A stretch of 61,793 bases of DNA, counting the filler, from Choristocarpus tenellus KU-1152 (Eukaryota > Protista > Phaeophyceae): the NCBI GenBank assembly GCA_964200185.2. It is 10 parts of 10 records of this genome, joined end to end, with 100 filler letters (N's around TTAATTAATTAA, not from the genome) between each part and the next. Parts side by side here need not be neighbours in the genome. Positions count along the whole stretch, not along the records: positions 22,314 to 24,980 come from CAXNAD020025807.1; positions 25,081 to 28,862 come from CAXNAD020017958.1; positions 28,963 to 37,488 come from CAXNAD020004619.1; 7 more parts are not named here. One strand, given 5' to 3'. The notes below the pieces were generated by a model. It was not told the DNA's origin, did no database searches, and saw nothing but the letters and a program-made list of their open reading frames with translations. This document shows positions 23,224-35,600 of this stretch, piece after piece (positions within the stretch are counted from its first letter, which is position 1; every line of letters starts with the position of its first letter). The translations under genes were made by a program, and so were the position numbers.

Positions 23224-23482
23224 GAGTGAAAGTATCTTAGAGGGTACGATTTTTGCCCTGTTTGTCCATTTGGGGCTTGGCTTCCCACGGGTCTTAAATG
23301 ACATTTTACCTACTCCGAAACATTTTGGAGTAGGTAAAATGTATACAGTATGAAAAGGAGTGTCTAGAACAAGGGTATTGACATCTCCTAACAAACATGA
23401 TAGCCAAACTTACATCAAAATTGCAACATCGGGGTTTGGCCCCCAAATGGACACGGCTCTACCCTCTCAGATACTTTGACTC
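23224..23482 (+). mobile_element. MITE family A
   Basis: GAGTGAAAGTATCTTAGAGGGTA...TACCCTCTCAGATACTTTGACTC; flanked by GAAA on both sides. Confidence 0.9.
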
Positions 23483-25080
23483 GAAATGTGTATGTTTTTC
23501 GATATCAGTAAGAGAGAGTGCTATAAGTGGGGTCTCTAGGTCAGAAGAACTGAGCTGGTTGGAGCCGTTTTTAGGATCTCTTATCACCATTTATCGTTGG
23601 GGCTTCTTTGGTTTACAGACATTGGAATATATCCCAAGAGGCACAGAATTACTATGAGAAACAGTTTGCTTCTGGGCTAATCTGAGTATATACTTGCACC
23701 TTCTGGAACACCTTCAAAACTTGCAAAATATACATCTCTGACATGGCCTAGAATAAATGGGACCCCAGTTCCGATCACCCTAATCACAAATGTGATTAAT
23801 TCATTTCCACAATTCTTTAAAAAGGTCTGTCCACAAGGTCACAGGGTGTACTCTTATTCAGATTGCATCTGACTAATCTATATGTACCTGTTCCTTCTGA
23901 ACTGGGACTTCAAAGTAACATAATGGAAAAAATAAAAATGAAAGAAAAATATATCCTATATAAAAATGTTACTACAAGTGATGGTCACTGGTGAAGACAA
24001 TAGACATCATCAATCGCCTCAGATCACCCTGTAACTACTCAATATTATATTTATCTCATCACTATCGATATTTCTAATTGCAATATTGACACAACGTTGG
24101 AACACTTGAGTCTAATGATGGAGCTTTCTAAAGCTCTAGTTCTAGAGAGGGCTCTAAAGTTAGTTCTGGAAAATGACAACAGAATTATTTTACCTTGGAA
24201 GGTGTTATAGAAAAAATATTTCTCTTCATTTGTACGTACCATGTTATATTCAGGGATTGAATAGGACATTCTCTTCACTGCCCTGAAAAATATGGTCCAT
24301 AATAAAGTACGTAGTAGTAGTCGTGGTAGTAGTTGTACTGCAGTAAGTAGTATAGCTTTCCCGTGTTGGTGTGCTATTGAAAAAAATCGACTTTTCAGAT
24401 AAGTGCCTCGTGAATTGGACTAGCAAGTGGGGAGCACTATTTGTTGGTGTAAAGATTAGAATATCATTCTACTTTTGGAAAAACCCTAACGCACGTGTTC
24501 TGAGTGTTCAACGGTAAAGGTGTATACCAGTAACCAGGAATAACATAGATCCGCTTCTTTTTTTTATGTTATCTAGTGTTTATTTAAACCCTAAAGACGC
24601 CAAAAAGCGGATTTAGGATTTATTTAAATAGTGGGTACCAGTTGGAAAGACTTCTTAGGTTTTCTGAAAGTTGGAAACGTGTGAGACCCCTAAAGTGCGT
24701 TCTTGGTATTTAAAAAAAAACTAAGCACGGTTTTCAGTGGATTTAGTATTAAAAAACCCTAACGCACGTATAAAGTGGCCTAAAGAGAAAAAGTGGTTCG
24801 TGGTGTACACATTTTCGTAAAGAGACACTTATTATCGACTTGTACGTTTATGACAATCGCTATGTGATTAACCCTAAGATTTTGTACTTCAAATATGTAG
24901 AGGGTTAGGGTTGTTTCTTGACGTTTTGGTTACTGTACATTGGAAACATACAAGATCAATTAAGTATGTGATTGGTATCTNNNNNNNNNNNNNNNNNNNN
25001 NNNNNNNNNNNNNNNNNNNNNNNNTTAATTAATTAANNNNNNNNNNNNNNNNNNNNNNNNNNNNNNNNNNNNNNNNNNNN

Positions 25081-25312
25081 TCAAAATCGCCACATTGGAC
25101 TTTGGCCCCCCCCAGATGGACATGGCTCTACCCTCTAAGATACTCTGACTCCATTTTTTTTTTTTTTCGGAAAAAAGTTCCTAACGGTAGAGAAATAAAC
25201 ACTCTCAAGTGAAACTTAGAACTTCATCTGGAGAAATAGGGGTGAATTGCAAAAGACTGAAAAACTGGCTTAAGAAGGTAAAACGACCAAAACCTCTCTT
25301 ATACTTTGGCTC
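25081..25312 (+). mobile_element. 3' end of MITE A (25081-25151) followed by a fragment with a family-D-like interior and an A/C-type TIR
   Basis: ctaccctctaagatactctgactc, then agagaaa...ctctcaagt.aaac...gtgaattgcaaaaga resembling 41660-41740 and 28275-28350, ending atactttggctc. Confidence 0.65.
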
Positions 25313-25898
25313 AGTGTGTAGTGGTAGCCGTCACAGCAAAGCACCTTCAATTTATACAAGACAACTTTTATTCCATGACAAAACCACAAGCGTTTGGTAA
25401 GCTAAAGTCTTTAGATCGCGATTGGCTTGTGTTGTTGTGTAGTTGTAAATCACCCGTTATGTTCATTGAGAGACTAATAAAAGGCTGATTGGTATCGTTC
25501 TGAGAATATTCAGAGAATGATGAGGACGTTCTGGAGAACTGTTAGGAGTCCAGGTGACAATCGTCATCGTTCTATATTAGGGCACAAAGAGATATGATGA
25601 GTGCGTTGAGATTTCTTGTTCTCAGAGCAGAAACCGATGTACATGCTGTTGACTTTGATGCTCTGTGGTAGTGGTTGACACAACACAGAAGAATGAATGA
25701 CCTGCTGGTCAGAGCCAAAGTAAATGAGAAGTACCCAAGTTCTGACTGTTTTGCATCAAAACTTTCTTCGCAATTTATAACTCACCTTCACTTCTATGGA
25801 TGAAGTGCAAAGATCGACTTACCCGTATCCGTACCCTAACCCTAATTATCTGTCAAACACCCTTAATATTCAACGTTGGGTATCTTTCGTCTACCTTG

Positions 25899-26077
25899 GA
25901 TTCAAAGTATCTGGGGTGGGGTGTACACCAGAGTGTCCATTTGGGTCATAACCAGGAAAAGTTTATTTATATTGTCCATCCAATGTATACAACCAATTCA
26001 CCCAAAAATCGCGACATGAAAAAATTGTTCCCAAATGGACAGCCGACCCCCCCCCCCCCCTGCAGATACTTTGAGCC
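25899..26077 (+). mobile_element. MITE family C (poly-G/C inside the TIRs)
   Basis: GATTCAAAGTATCTGGGG...CCCCCTGCAGATACTTTGAGCC; TSD TTG. Confidence 0.88.
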
Positions 26078-26220
26078 TTGGCTCTCAACGGCCTGACTCG
26101 GGCACGGTTCCCCCACCTCTCTAAAGCTAAATCACGAAACGTGCAGTAATGACTCCTTCTCACTACCGGTGTGATCACATTTCGATGCCCAACCAATCTT
26201 CCCAAACTATTGTTGAGTAG

Positions 26221-28739
26221 ATAATCTGCACTACGGAGGAAGGAGAAATAGTGTTCGCGGATTGGCGAGCCAGGGCCTCAGGGGGGGGCAAAGAGGACGA
26301 CTTGGGTGGTGTGGGTGGGGGCGATGACGGCGGAGACGTGGCCCCAGAGTTTGTTAAGTGGGTGGAGAGCGATCACACCAGGCCTTGCGTGGGACTGGAT
26401 AAGTCACCTTTCTTCCCCGGGGTGCTGCTTAGTGTTGGCGACTGGAGCTTCCAGATATGGAAGGTTTGTTGTCCGCGTTGTGAGGTTTGCATGGTGCAGT
26501 AAGGCGGTGTTAGATTGTTGTGAGGTTTTGTTTCCCCCCTGGACACATTGGAGCTGATGCATTCGCATGTGTTGCACAGGTGTTAGTATTGAATGGCGCG
26601 CCCACAAATAGCTCAGTTCCCTTCAAAAGACAGCTTTTCCTTCACTTCAATACATGTCACTTCAATAGGAACGTAGAATAACATCCACCAAACTACAGTG
26701 GCAATAGTGCCAAGGAGAATTGCATGTGCATGACAGAATTCAACCAGCCGGACATCTAATAGCGCTCTTTCTTGTGACTCTGCTCCACCCTCTCTCGAAC
26801 CTCTCCATATGCCGTCAGGTGGGCCTACGTCAGCCAATCTTTGCATCCCCAATGGCAGCAAATTACCTCACAACGGGAAGGTGGTCCCCCACACGGCCAA
26901 GTATGCTCTTCCTAGGGAAGTGTGACGGATCTATTGACGTGTGGGACTTCACAGACAGCAGCTATGCCCCCTCAGTCACAATGATGAGCAGTCCTTCCAG
27001 GATAACCAGGTTAGCATCCACCCCCCCCCCAAAAAACAAAAAAAAAAAAAAAAAACCCTCTAACGAAGAGCAATTGGAGAGGAAGAGAGGGGAGGGCAGG
27101 GGTTAGGATTAGGATTCTGGGGGTTGTACTAACAGAGAGGTGCACACGGTTGCACCAGGAGGATCGAGAGAAAAAAAAATGACCACAAAAAACGCCTTTA
27201 TTACTTTTAGAAAAAGGTCTTTGATCCGTTGTGGGGAGTCTATCTTGTCCGCCTCTCTTCTGCAGTGCAAGACCTTCGTTTTTTTTTTTTTAAATGCGCA
27301 TGCAAAGTGTGACAATAGGGTGCACCATTGCACGGGGGTTGAATAAGGCATACACGGTCGAAATTGGTCGAAATTCATGCACCTCTCAGGTAGTATCACT
27401 CTACGGTTAGGGTTAGGGTTAGGGTTAGGGTTAGGGCTGCTACGATCTGAATGAGGGGTATGGTTATGGAGGAAGAAGACATAAATTCAAGTGTGAGTGA
27501 AGTTCAAGGACATCAATATAGTACTGAGACAGTAGACTGATATGGCAACAAGAACGTATATGGATCAGATCATCTCTAGACCTGGAAGATCGATCTAAAG
27601 CTATCATAGGGCGTATACGTAGATGAATCTATATCCTATCGGCCCAGTGCGACGTTCAACCCATCACATGATTTTAATGTCAATCAAGGTTCCTCCTCTT
27701 TCCTCAATTGCGCTTTAGCCTGACCCGACCCCACATGGGGACAGGAGGGGCGGGCGCTGAAGAAATCAACCCGTAACCAGAGACCAACAAGAGTTTTGAC
27801 CTAGATCGTCCTCAATCCCCTTTGTGACCTTCGTCAACACTTTTGATTAATCTGATTCTGTTTTTTTTTTTTTTGTGTCAGGTCTTTCGATGTTCTGTTT
27901 TTTTTTCCATGTGGCATTGGTTGCCACAAGACAGGCCTCGCGTTCCCTCAAGAGGTAGTAACGACTATAGCAACCGTGCTTGCTCCAGGGTGGAAAAACA
28001 GATGCCCCAGGGTGGCACAGCCCTTACACTAGGGCCATATTTTTCTTTTTTGTTCCTGCATTGAACAGAAGCGCAGCATGACGAAGTATGCGACTGTATA
28101 CGATTGAGGCCTAAATAATTACACCTGTTTAATACCTCACTCTCTGCTCCGCAAACAAGAGGTACCCAGAGTTGCATTTTAAGGATGTCCGGAAATATGT
28201 TGGTAATCCGACTCTTAAGATGAAAATTTTATATAGAATATTTTCTGAATTGTGTCGAAATTTTTTTCAAACAACGGAGAAAGCCAACCCTTTTGAGTTC
28301 AATTCAGCACTTCATCCACGCCAACATGGGTGAACTGCAAAAGATCGAAAAACAAACTGGTCCTAAAAAAGTGCAAAACGGTCAAAACCTTGGTACCACT
28401 ACATAAGACCTACGCTGCTAAACAAAGGGGATTCAAGTTGTTATCCCAATGAGTGCTACAAGGCAAATAACCGGAAAATAATGAAAACAAGCTTACGTCG
28501 CCTCACGCATTGGATCACTCTCCACCGATTCGCCCACCCGGGTGGTCTGGACGCACGGGATCAGCATGGAGTTCCTGAAGCCCAAGATGCTCGCCGGTGG
28601 TTCTAAGGTAAAGCAACAGCTGCTCAGTGTTGGTGATACCGCCGGCAACCTCCACGTGTTTCATGTCCCGCAGAACCTTTGGAGGCCCTTGAACAACGAG
28701 AGGAATATCATGGCCAACTTCCTCGACCGAGAAATGAAG
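26221..28739 (+). CDS. DNAI3: Axonemal dynein intermediate chain, WDR63/DNAI3 (IC140-like); internal exons only
   Basis: Exons 26221-26463, 26819-27009, 28565-28739 in phase. Motifs: KSPFFPGVLLSVGDWSFQIWK; WSPTRPSMLFLGKCDGSIDVWDF; QQLLSVGDTAGNLHVFHVPQNLWRPLNNE...FLDRE. Confidence 0.85.
27136..27386 (+). mobile_element. MITE, family D-related
   Basis: TIR AGAGGTGCA...TGCACCTCT; TSD CAG; subterminal ggtcgaaa shared with the other D copies. Confidence 0.7.
27407..27436 (+). repeat. Interstitial telomeric repeat, about (TTAGGG)5
   Basis: ttagggttagggttagggttagggttaggg within the DNAI3 intron. Confidence 0.9.
28158..28400 (+). mobile_element. MITE family D
   Basis: AGAGGTACC...GGTACCACT; TSD ACA; interior similar to 41576-41788. 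Confidence 0.75.
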
Positions 28740-28836
28740 GTGCGTGCTTACGGGATGCTGACGAGACGCTGACGAGACGCAGCATGATCCAAAGCATTTC
28801 AGAGGGTGAGGAGTTAGGAGTTTACCCTCCGTTTGT

Positions 28837-28862
28837 GACCCAAAGTATCTGGGGGGGTGGGG
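28837..28862 (+). mobile_element. MITE family C left end, cut by the contig end
   Basis: gacccaaagtatctgggggg. Confidence 0.7.
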
Positions 28863-29561
28863 NNNNNNNNNNNNNNNNNNNNNNNNNNNNNNNNNNNNNN
28901 NNNNNNTTAATTAATTAANNNNNNNNNNNNNNNNNNNNNNNNNNNNNNNNNNNNNNNNNNNNGGGGGGGATTGTAGTGTAGATTGGTTGGGAGTGGAAGG
29001 GGTGACAACTCTTTTAGTGTGTAGTGATAGATGGTCAGCATTTCTTTTTTAATTTTTCTATATTGTGTTTTTATTTCATTTTTTTAATTTTATTGGTGAA
29101 GGGTTAGGGTTAGGGTTTAGTTGTGCTTTGCATCAGTGTTGACTTTTTTATTTTAGGGTTAGGGTGTTTTTTTGTGCGCCTTGTAGTTTTTATGGTGTTA
29201 GGGGTAGGGGTAGGGGTAGGGTTGGGGGTAGAGAGTTGTGTGTTGAATGTTTACATTGACAATTCTTGGTGATTGGTGATTGGTAACATCATTATGTCAG
29301 TGAACTGTATTGAGTGTATCTAAATAATTTTTTTCATGCTGTATTGGTGTTGTGCCCCTCTGATAGTTGCCAATTTAGTTAGTCGGAGGTTGGTTCTAGG
29401 ATAGGGTTAGGGTTGGATGTTGGACAAGCTTCAGTTTGGTCTGTTGTTTGTTTTTCATCAGTCACTAAGGTCTACTGCATATACCTTTCTTTGACAGCTC
29501 TTCCCCCTCCCCACTCCTCTACCAAAACCCTGTCGCAATGTGTGTCACTTTCCTCGCTGGT

Positions 29562-29680
29562 TGTGTTGTGTTATTGTGTGTTATGTTGCATTATGTTATG
29601 CCGTGTTGTGTTTTGTGTTGTGTTGTGTTATTGTGTGTTATGTTGCATTATGTTATGCCGTGTTGTGTTTTGTGTTGTGG
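29562..29680. repeat. TG-rich tandem repeat with a 50-bp period, next to a splice acceptor
   Basis: tgtgttgtgttattgtgtgttatgttgcattatgttatgccgtgttgtgttt, just over two copies. Confidence 0.85.
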
Positions 29681-29692
29681 TGTGCATGCTAG

Positions 29693-32600
29693 GTGCAATT
29701 CCGGGAGTACATGCAGGTGGGGAAGGGAAGGGATGTGGGAATGCAACAGATCTACAAGTTTGAGGCTAAGCTAGCCCAGGGTGCTGCGGAACAGACCCTC
29801 TCACGTGATGTGAACAGGCTGGGGGATCGCCTTGACTTCTTCAGGCTGATGTCTTTCTACTTTGGTGGTCTTGGGTAGGTTTACAACTTTACACCAAATG
29901 CATTACTAACTGGATTGATTAGGGTTAGGGATAGGGTTGGAGGATGGTGGTGAATGTACCTGGGAAGTAAAGGTTCTGCACTTTTTCACATGTTCACATG
30001 GGTATTTGTATGACTGCATCTATGTTCTTGGCTCACACCACTGTAAAGAGGGATATCTTGTACTCCTACATCAGCTGTACTATGTGTGGTGCGTTTCAGA
30101 CTAAACTGTGGATCCTGTTTGGCTTTATCTCTGGTGAAGGTGAGTTGATTTTAACTACAATGTACATAGGTACCTAGCAAAGCATGTGTTTATTTGAGTA
30201 GTTGGTCCAACCCTAACCCTAACCCCACTTGGTAGAGATAACTCTGTATATCCACTTTTTTTCAGTTTAACAGTTTCACTTTCCTGAACACGCCTTTCTT
30301 ACTATAAGTGTCACGCATGTGCTATCTACGCAAGCACACTCAAGTGCGATTTATGTTGGTCTATACAAGTGTAAAGAGTGCTCAGTTCTACATTACTGTT
30401 AGCACTGTTATTAGCATTGTGCTTTTCTTATGTAATGCTTTAAACTAGACCAAAACATCCCTGACCCTAACCTGGTCTCATGATCGATGTTCTTGATAGT
30501 ACGGTTGATTTAAACTTTCTGCTGCTAGGGTGCACTAATCTGCACTAACCCGTAACCCTATGTAGCTAACCCTAACCCTAACTGTTGCAGGTACTACATC
30601 GGCAACTATGTGACTGTGGTGACCATCACATATGTGGTGTACTTCTTGCTGGCCTTGTGTGTCTTCAATTCAGAGGAGATTGGGGATAGGAAGATCACTC
30701 CTGAAGGGTCAGTACAGACTGCAACATTTTGAGTATACGTAGATTATGGTGATTATAGTGATTAGCATATATTATAGTGATTATAGTGATTATGGCGATT
30801 ATATAGATTAGCATATATTACAGAGATTAGAGTTACAAAAACAAGCCTATTGTTTCATTGACATATTGTGAACATATAGTAGTGCTAAGCTAATCCTAAC
30901 CCTATTTTATCCCCTGCACCTTTTTAGGTTCATTATCCTGGGTATTGTGGGACTACTGCTTTATTGATATCACGTTGAACTGTATTGCAACTGTATCGTA
31001 ACTGTATTGCAACTGTATCATTCAACATTATCCTTCTGCTGATCTGCTGATGTCTTTTATTTTCTGAACATGATTTTTTAAAATTCTAATTGATTGATTC
31101 ATTTTTGATGTAACCTCTCTCCCATCCCCTCTCTGCTCTATCATGTTAAAAACTCTTATCTCTTATATCTAGTAACCTACAGATGCTGCTGGCGGGCATG
31201 GGAATCCTCAACACCCTTCCAATGCTGGCTACTATCATGGTTGAAAAGGGATTGTGGGCAGCTGTGACAGAGGTTCTACAGGTATATTGAGAAGCCAAAC
31301 CCTAACCCTAACCCTCTATTGTATATAGGACTATCAATGTCAGGCATGATAGGGTTGTTATGGGTACAGAGGTCATCCACCCCCTTCATCCACTGCCTTG
31401 TAGGTATGCATCACAAGATAAAGCATTTGGTCAGAGATGTTGACAGGACGTCTATGATGTTGAGGATGTGTGGATGTTAGGTTTAAGGTTAGGGTTTGAG
31501 AGGATGCACCAGTACAGCATGAATGCTGTAGCCCTAACCCTCATTGTAGTATTGTTGTATGGTAACTGCACCACAATACCAATTATATTTTATGTAGTAG
31601 ATTGACTCTGTAATTTATTTGCTTTATTTAGTATTGTTTGATAAAGGCAGTGCATTTGGTAATGAGGTGTGTACCAGTGGGTTAGTTGTTAGGAATGTAC
31701 TGCAATGCTGTGAACTAGTTCATGCTTAGGGTTAGGGTTAGTTCATGCCCTCTCTCCTCCTATGTGGAACAATGTTATTCGTGTAATTACATAGGAACAT
31801 GCAATACACAAGTACGTTGAACTATTTTGATTTTTTACAGAGCATTTCTTATCCTGTGTTCCAACCCTAACCCTCACCCTAACTCAAATGGTCACACACA
31901 CCACACACACACTTACACACACATACATAAACACATGATGATGAGAAATGTTGAGAATAAGACTACTGATTGTTGATAATGATTGTGTATAATGATGGTA
32001 ATAATGATATGCCTGAATATTGATTGTTAATAATGATAGTAGATAACAATGGTGATTATGACAACTGAATGTTGATTGTTAATAATGATAGTAGATAACA
32101 ATGGTGATTATGACAACTGAATGTTGATTGTTAATAATGATAGTAGATAACAATGGTGATTATGACAACTGAATCTCGACTGTTAATTGGTGAAGGTGTT
32201 TGTCAGCGGAGGACCAATGTACTTCATGTTCCATATCCAGACTAGAGCACACTACTTTTACCAGACACTGCTAGCTGGAGGTGCACAATACCGTGCTACC
32301 GGACGTGGGTTTGTGACTCATCACTCATGCTTTGATGACCTATATCGGTTCTTTGCCAACTCCCACTTCTACCTTGGCTTTGAGGTGATATGACATGATA
32401 TGATATGGTGTGGTATGGTATGATACGACATGATATGAAGTATGATGTGGAGTGTGATATGACACAATATGAAGTATGATATGATATGATATGACATGAT
32501 ATGGTATGACATGATACGAAGTACGATATGCAGCATGATATGATATGATATGATGAGTGAAAGTATCTTAGAGGGTACGAGTTTTGTCCTGTTTGTCCAT

Positions 32601-35600
32601 TTGGGGCTTGGCTTCCTACGGAATTTATTATGAAATTTTCCTACTCCAAAGTGTTTCAGAGTAGGTAAAATGTGTATGTTATGCAAAGGTGTGTCCGGAA
32701 CAAGGATATGGACACTTCCTAACAAACAAGGTAGCCAAAATTACATCAAAATCGCAAGATTGAATTTTGGCCCCAAATGGACGCGGCCCTACCCTCTAAG
32801 ATACTTTGGCTCTGATATGATATGATATGATATGATATGGAGTATGTATGTTGTGGAGTATGATGTGGAGTATTATATGACCAACAACTACAATGGGATG
32901 GCTTGTGATGTGATATGGAGTTGTGATGTGGTTGGAAGGGCAGGTTATATCATATAGGTTAAACAGTGTATATTGAAGGGAAAAAATACCTCATATTTGT
33001 TTTGTTTAGAAGGCTCTCTTGCCGTTTTTGACTTCACCTTTTTATTTTTTGAAGGTTTTGTGCTGTGTTGCTGTTGCCTCTGAGTTCTCCTCTGTGATTA
33101 GCTTGGCATTAGTTGTAATCAAGTCTTGATTAGCATGGCATAGTTGTAATCAAGTCTTGATTACCATGACACTAGTTGTAATCAAGTCTTGATTAGCATG
33201 GCATAGTTGTAATCAAGTCTTGATTAGCATGGCATTAGTTGTAATCAAGTCTCGATTAGCATGGCATTAGTTGTAATCCAAGTTTATTTGGGGTATTTTA
33301 TTGTGTACAGTTTCCCTCTCTGCAGTATTTTCCTTAGGGTTAGGGTTAGGGGTGTCTTTACTTTTTGTTTTTTCAGGGCTCTTTTTTTTTTACATACTGC
33401 AGTGAATACTCTGTCAATATACAGTGATTGAAACAACAGTTGAAGTATTAAAACTCCAATCCTAGCCCTAACCACGACTTCACCTGGAGCAATATACCCT
33501 AGCCCTAAGCTAGTGTTCTAACTGTATTTCACTCTAACCCTTGAACTATTCCATTGTACCATCTCTTTTGCATGTTGATATTCCATGTTCTTATGTGTCG
33601 TCTCTTATCTCTTATCTCTTATCCTTTGTGACACATAAATATCAAAGCTAATGGTGGCATTGGTGCTAGTGGCGTGTCTGAGTCACACCAAGCAGTACAT
33701 TGGCATGACCTGGTCACTATGGTTGGCTTGTCTAAGCTTCCTCTTTGCCCCCTTCTGGTTCAACCCACTCTCCTTCCACTGGGGCAAGGTGTGTTGTGTG
33801 TGTGTTGTGTGTGCTGTGTGCGTATTTATTTTGTTCTCAGCTGAGTGCTACAGAGTGGTCTAGAGTGCTGTAGAGTTCTAGTTCGTACTTTGTGTTTATC
33901 AGGTTGCACTGTTGTGTTAGGTCTTTTGTGTCTGTATTGTGTATGCCCATGATCCTAATTGTTCTTATCATTGTAATGTGTTACAGATTGTGATTTTTGT
34001 GTTAGGATTAGGATTAGGGTTAGAGTTTTGAGTGTTTGTAAGTTGAAGAGGTGGAAGGTGTTACTGTATTTTTTTCATTTTTTTCCGATGAGTGAGTTGA
34101 ACCAATTAGACATAACTAGACTTAGTAGACTAACTCACACTGACATGTTCAAACCTAGCAAATTGCCTGAACATCCCAATGCACAATTCTCATGTGGTAC
34201 AGACTTCTTGCTGTTTACTATTCAGATCTATCTATTCTGACAATGCCAGCAATGTTCCACATTGGGTCAAAAAAACTATTCAAATGTTACCCAGGTGGTT
34301 CAGGACTACAAGATATGGTGGCAGTGGATGAGTGGTACAGGTGGAAACAGTTCAAACAGCTGGGAGGTAGGTTGAGATGAACTTTGGGTTAGGGTTAGGG
34401 TTGTAGGTGGCGTCCTGGCAGTGGTGTAGTGTTTTGAAGAGAAATGTGAATTGAAGTTAGACCACTTCTGTAATGCAGAACTTGGCACAGAATGGGGTTA
34501 ACATTAGGGTTAGGGTTGTGGTTGATTGTTTCCTTGTTTTATTGTGGGTAAATTTTTTAATTTTATAGTTACCTGTATTGTATTGTTGTTAGTGTATCGA
34601 GGGTTAGGATTCAACGTTGGAGTGTTGGGACTCCTTTTTTTGGTATGGATGTCTTATAGCTTGATGATGATAATGGTCATCTCTTTATATATTTTATATT
34701 ATGATAGCATTTTTGTAAGGATTAATAGTAATGATAACATTTACAATAGTAATAATAATAATAATATAATAATAATAATAATAATTTTCAGGTGTGGTGG
34801 AGGGAGGAGAACACATTTGTGTCCAAGTTCAGCCTGGGTCAGAAGCTGCAGGGACTGATCAAACCCATGATCTATCTCATGATTGGTGTGGGCATTGGAA
34901 TCCCGAAGGTTGGTGTGATAGCAGTGATAGGAGTGATAGGAGTGATATCCTTGTCTTCGAAGGCACATCAATCCTCTACCAATACTCTGCTGGAGCTTTT
35001 AACCTATCCCAGGAGTTAGTTTTATTGAGGGAGGCGGTGTGAAATAGTGGTGGAGGTTGGGTGTATTCTACTACGTGGAAGCAGAATTTTGCAATTTTGA
35101 GATATAGTGCTGATAATGGTGAGGGTTGTTAGTAGAAAAGGGTACAGCTTTTCTAGTTTTATTCTATTATTTTTGGTACTTAACCCTAACCCTAACCCTA
35201 ACCCAAAGTTATTTGTGGTAGTAAGTGAATCGACTCTACTCTAATTTGTAGTAATTTTGTAGGGTTAGGGTTAGGGTTGAGGTGTACGGTAGAGTGTACA
35301 CCTTTTGCTCCTTTCATGTGTTCGAGATGTTTTAGTTAGGGTTAGGGTTAGGGTATGTCACCCGTAAGATCATGGTATGTCAGTCTTGCACCAAAACCAA
35401 TGGGGGTAGAGGACTGATTAGGGTTAGGGTTAGGTGTAGAGAGGAAGATTAGGTAGATCAGGAACATGTTGATATCTATGGATTTTGTCAAGTGTCTCAC
35501 TTCAATTGAATTCTTTTCTCATGGTTTGGCAGATCGTTGAACTGGATTCCAAGGAGATAAGGGAGTTCCTAAAGCTTGGGTTGCTTGCGCTGGCAATGCT

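Noticed and set aside
23033-23657. Recurrent ORFs with ILVPDTPFH / PSPKWTNRAK / KYLGGG peptides as a protein family
   Set aside because: These are incidental translations of MITE families A and C.
24478-24769. Direct repeat aaaaaaccctaacgcacgt at about 24478 and 24750
   Set aside because: It is short with no definable element boundaries; probably part of an old repeat.
27407-27436. A true chromosome end
   Set aside because: The TTAGGG tracts are short, internal to introns and occur in both orientations.
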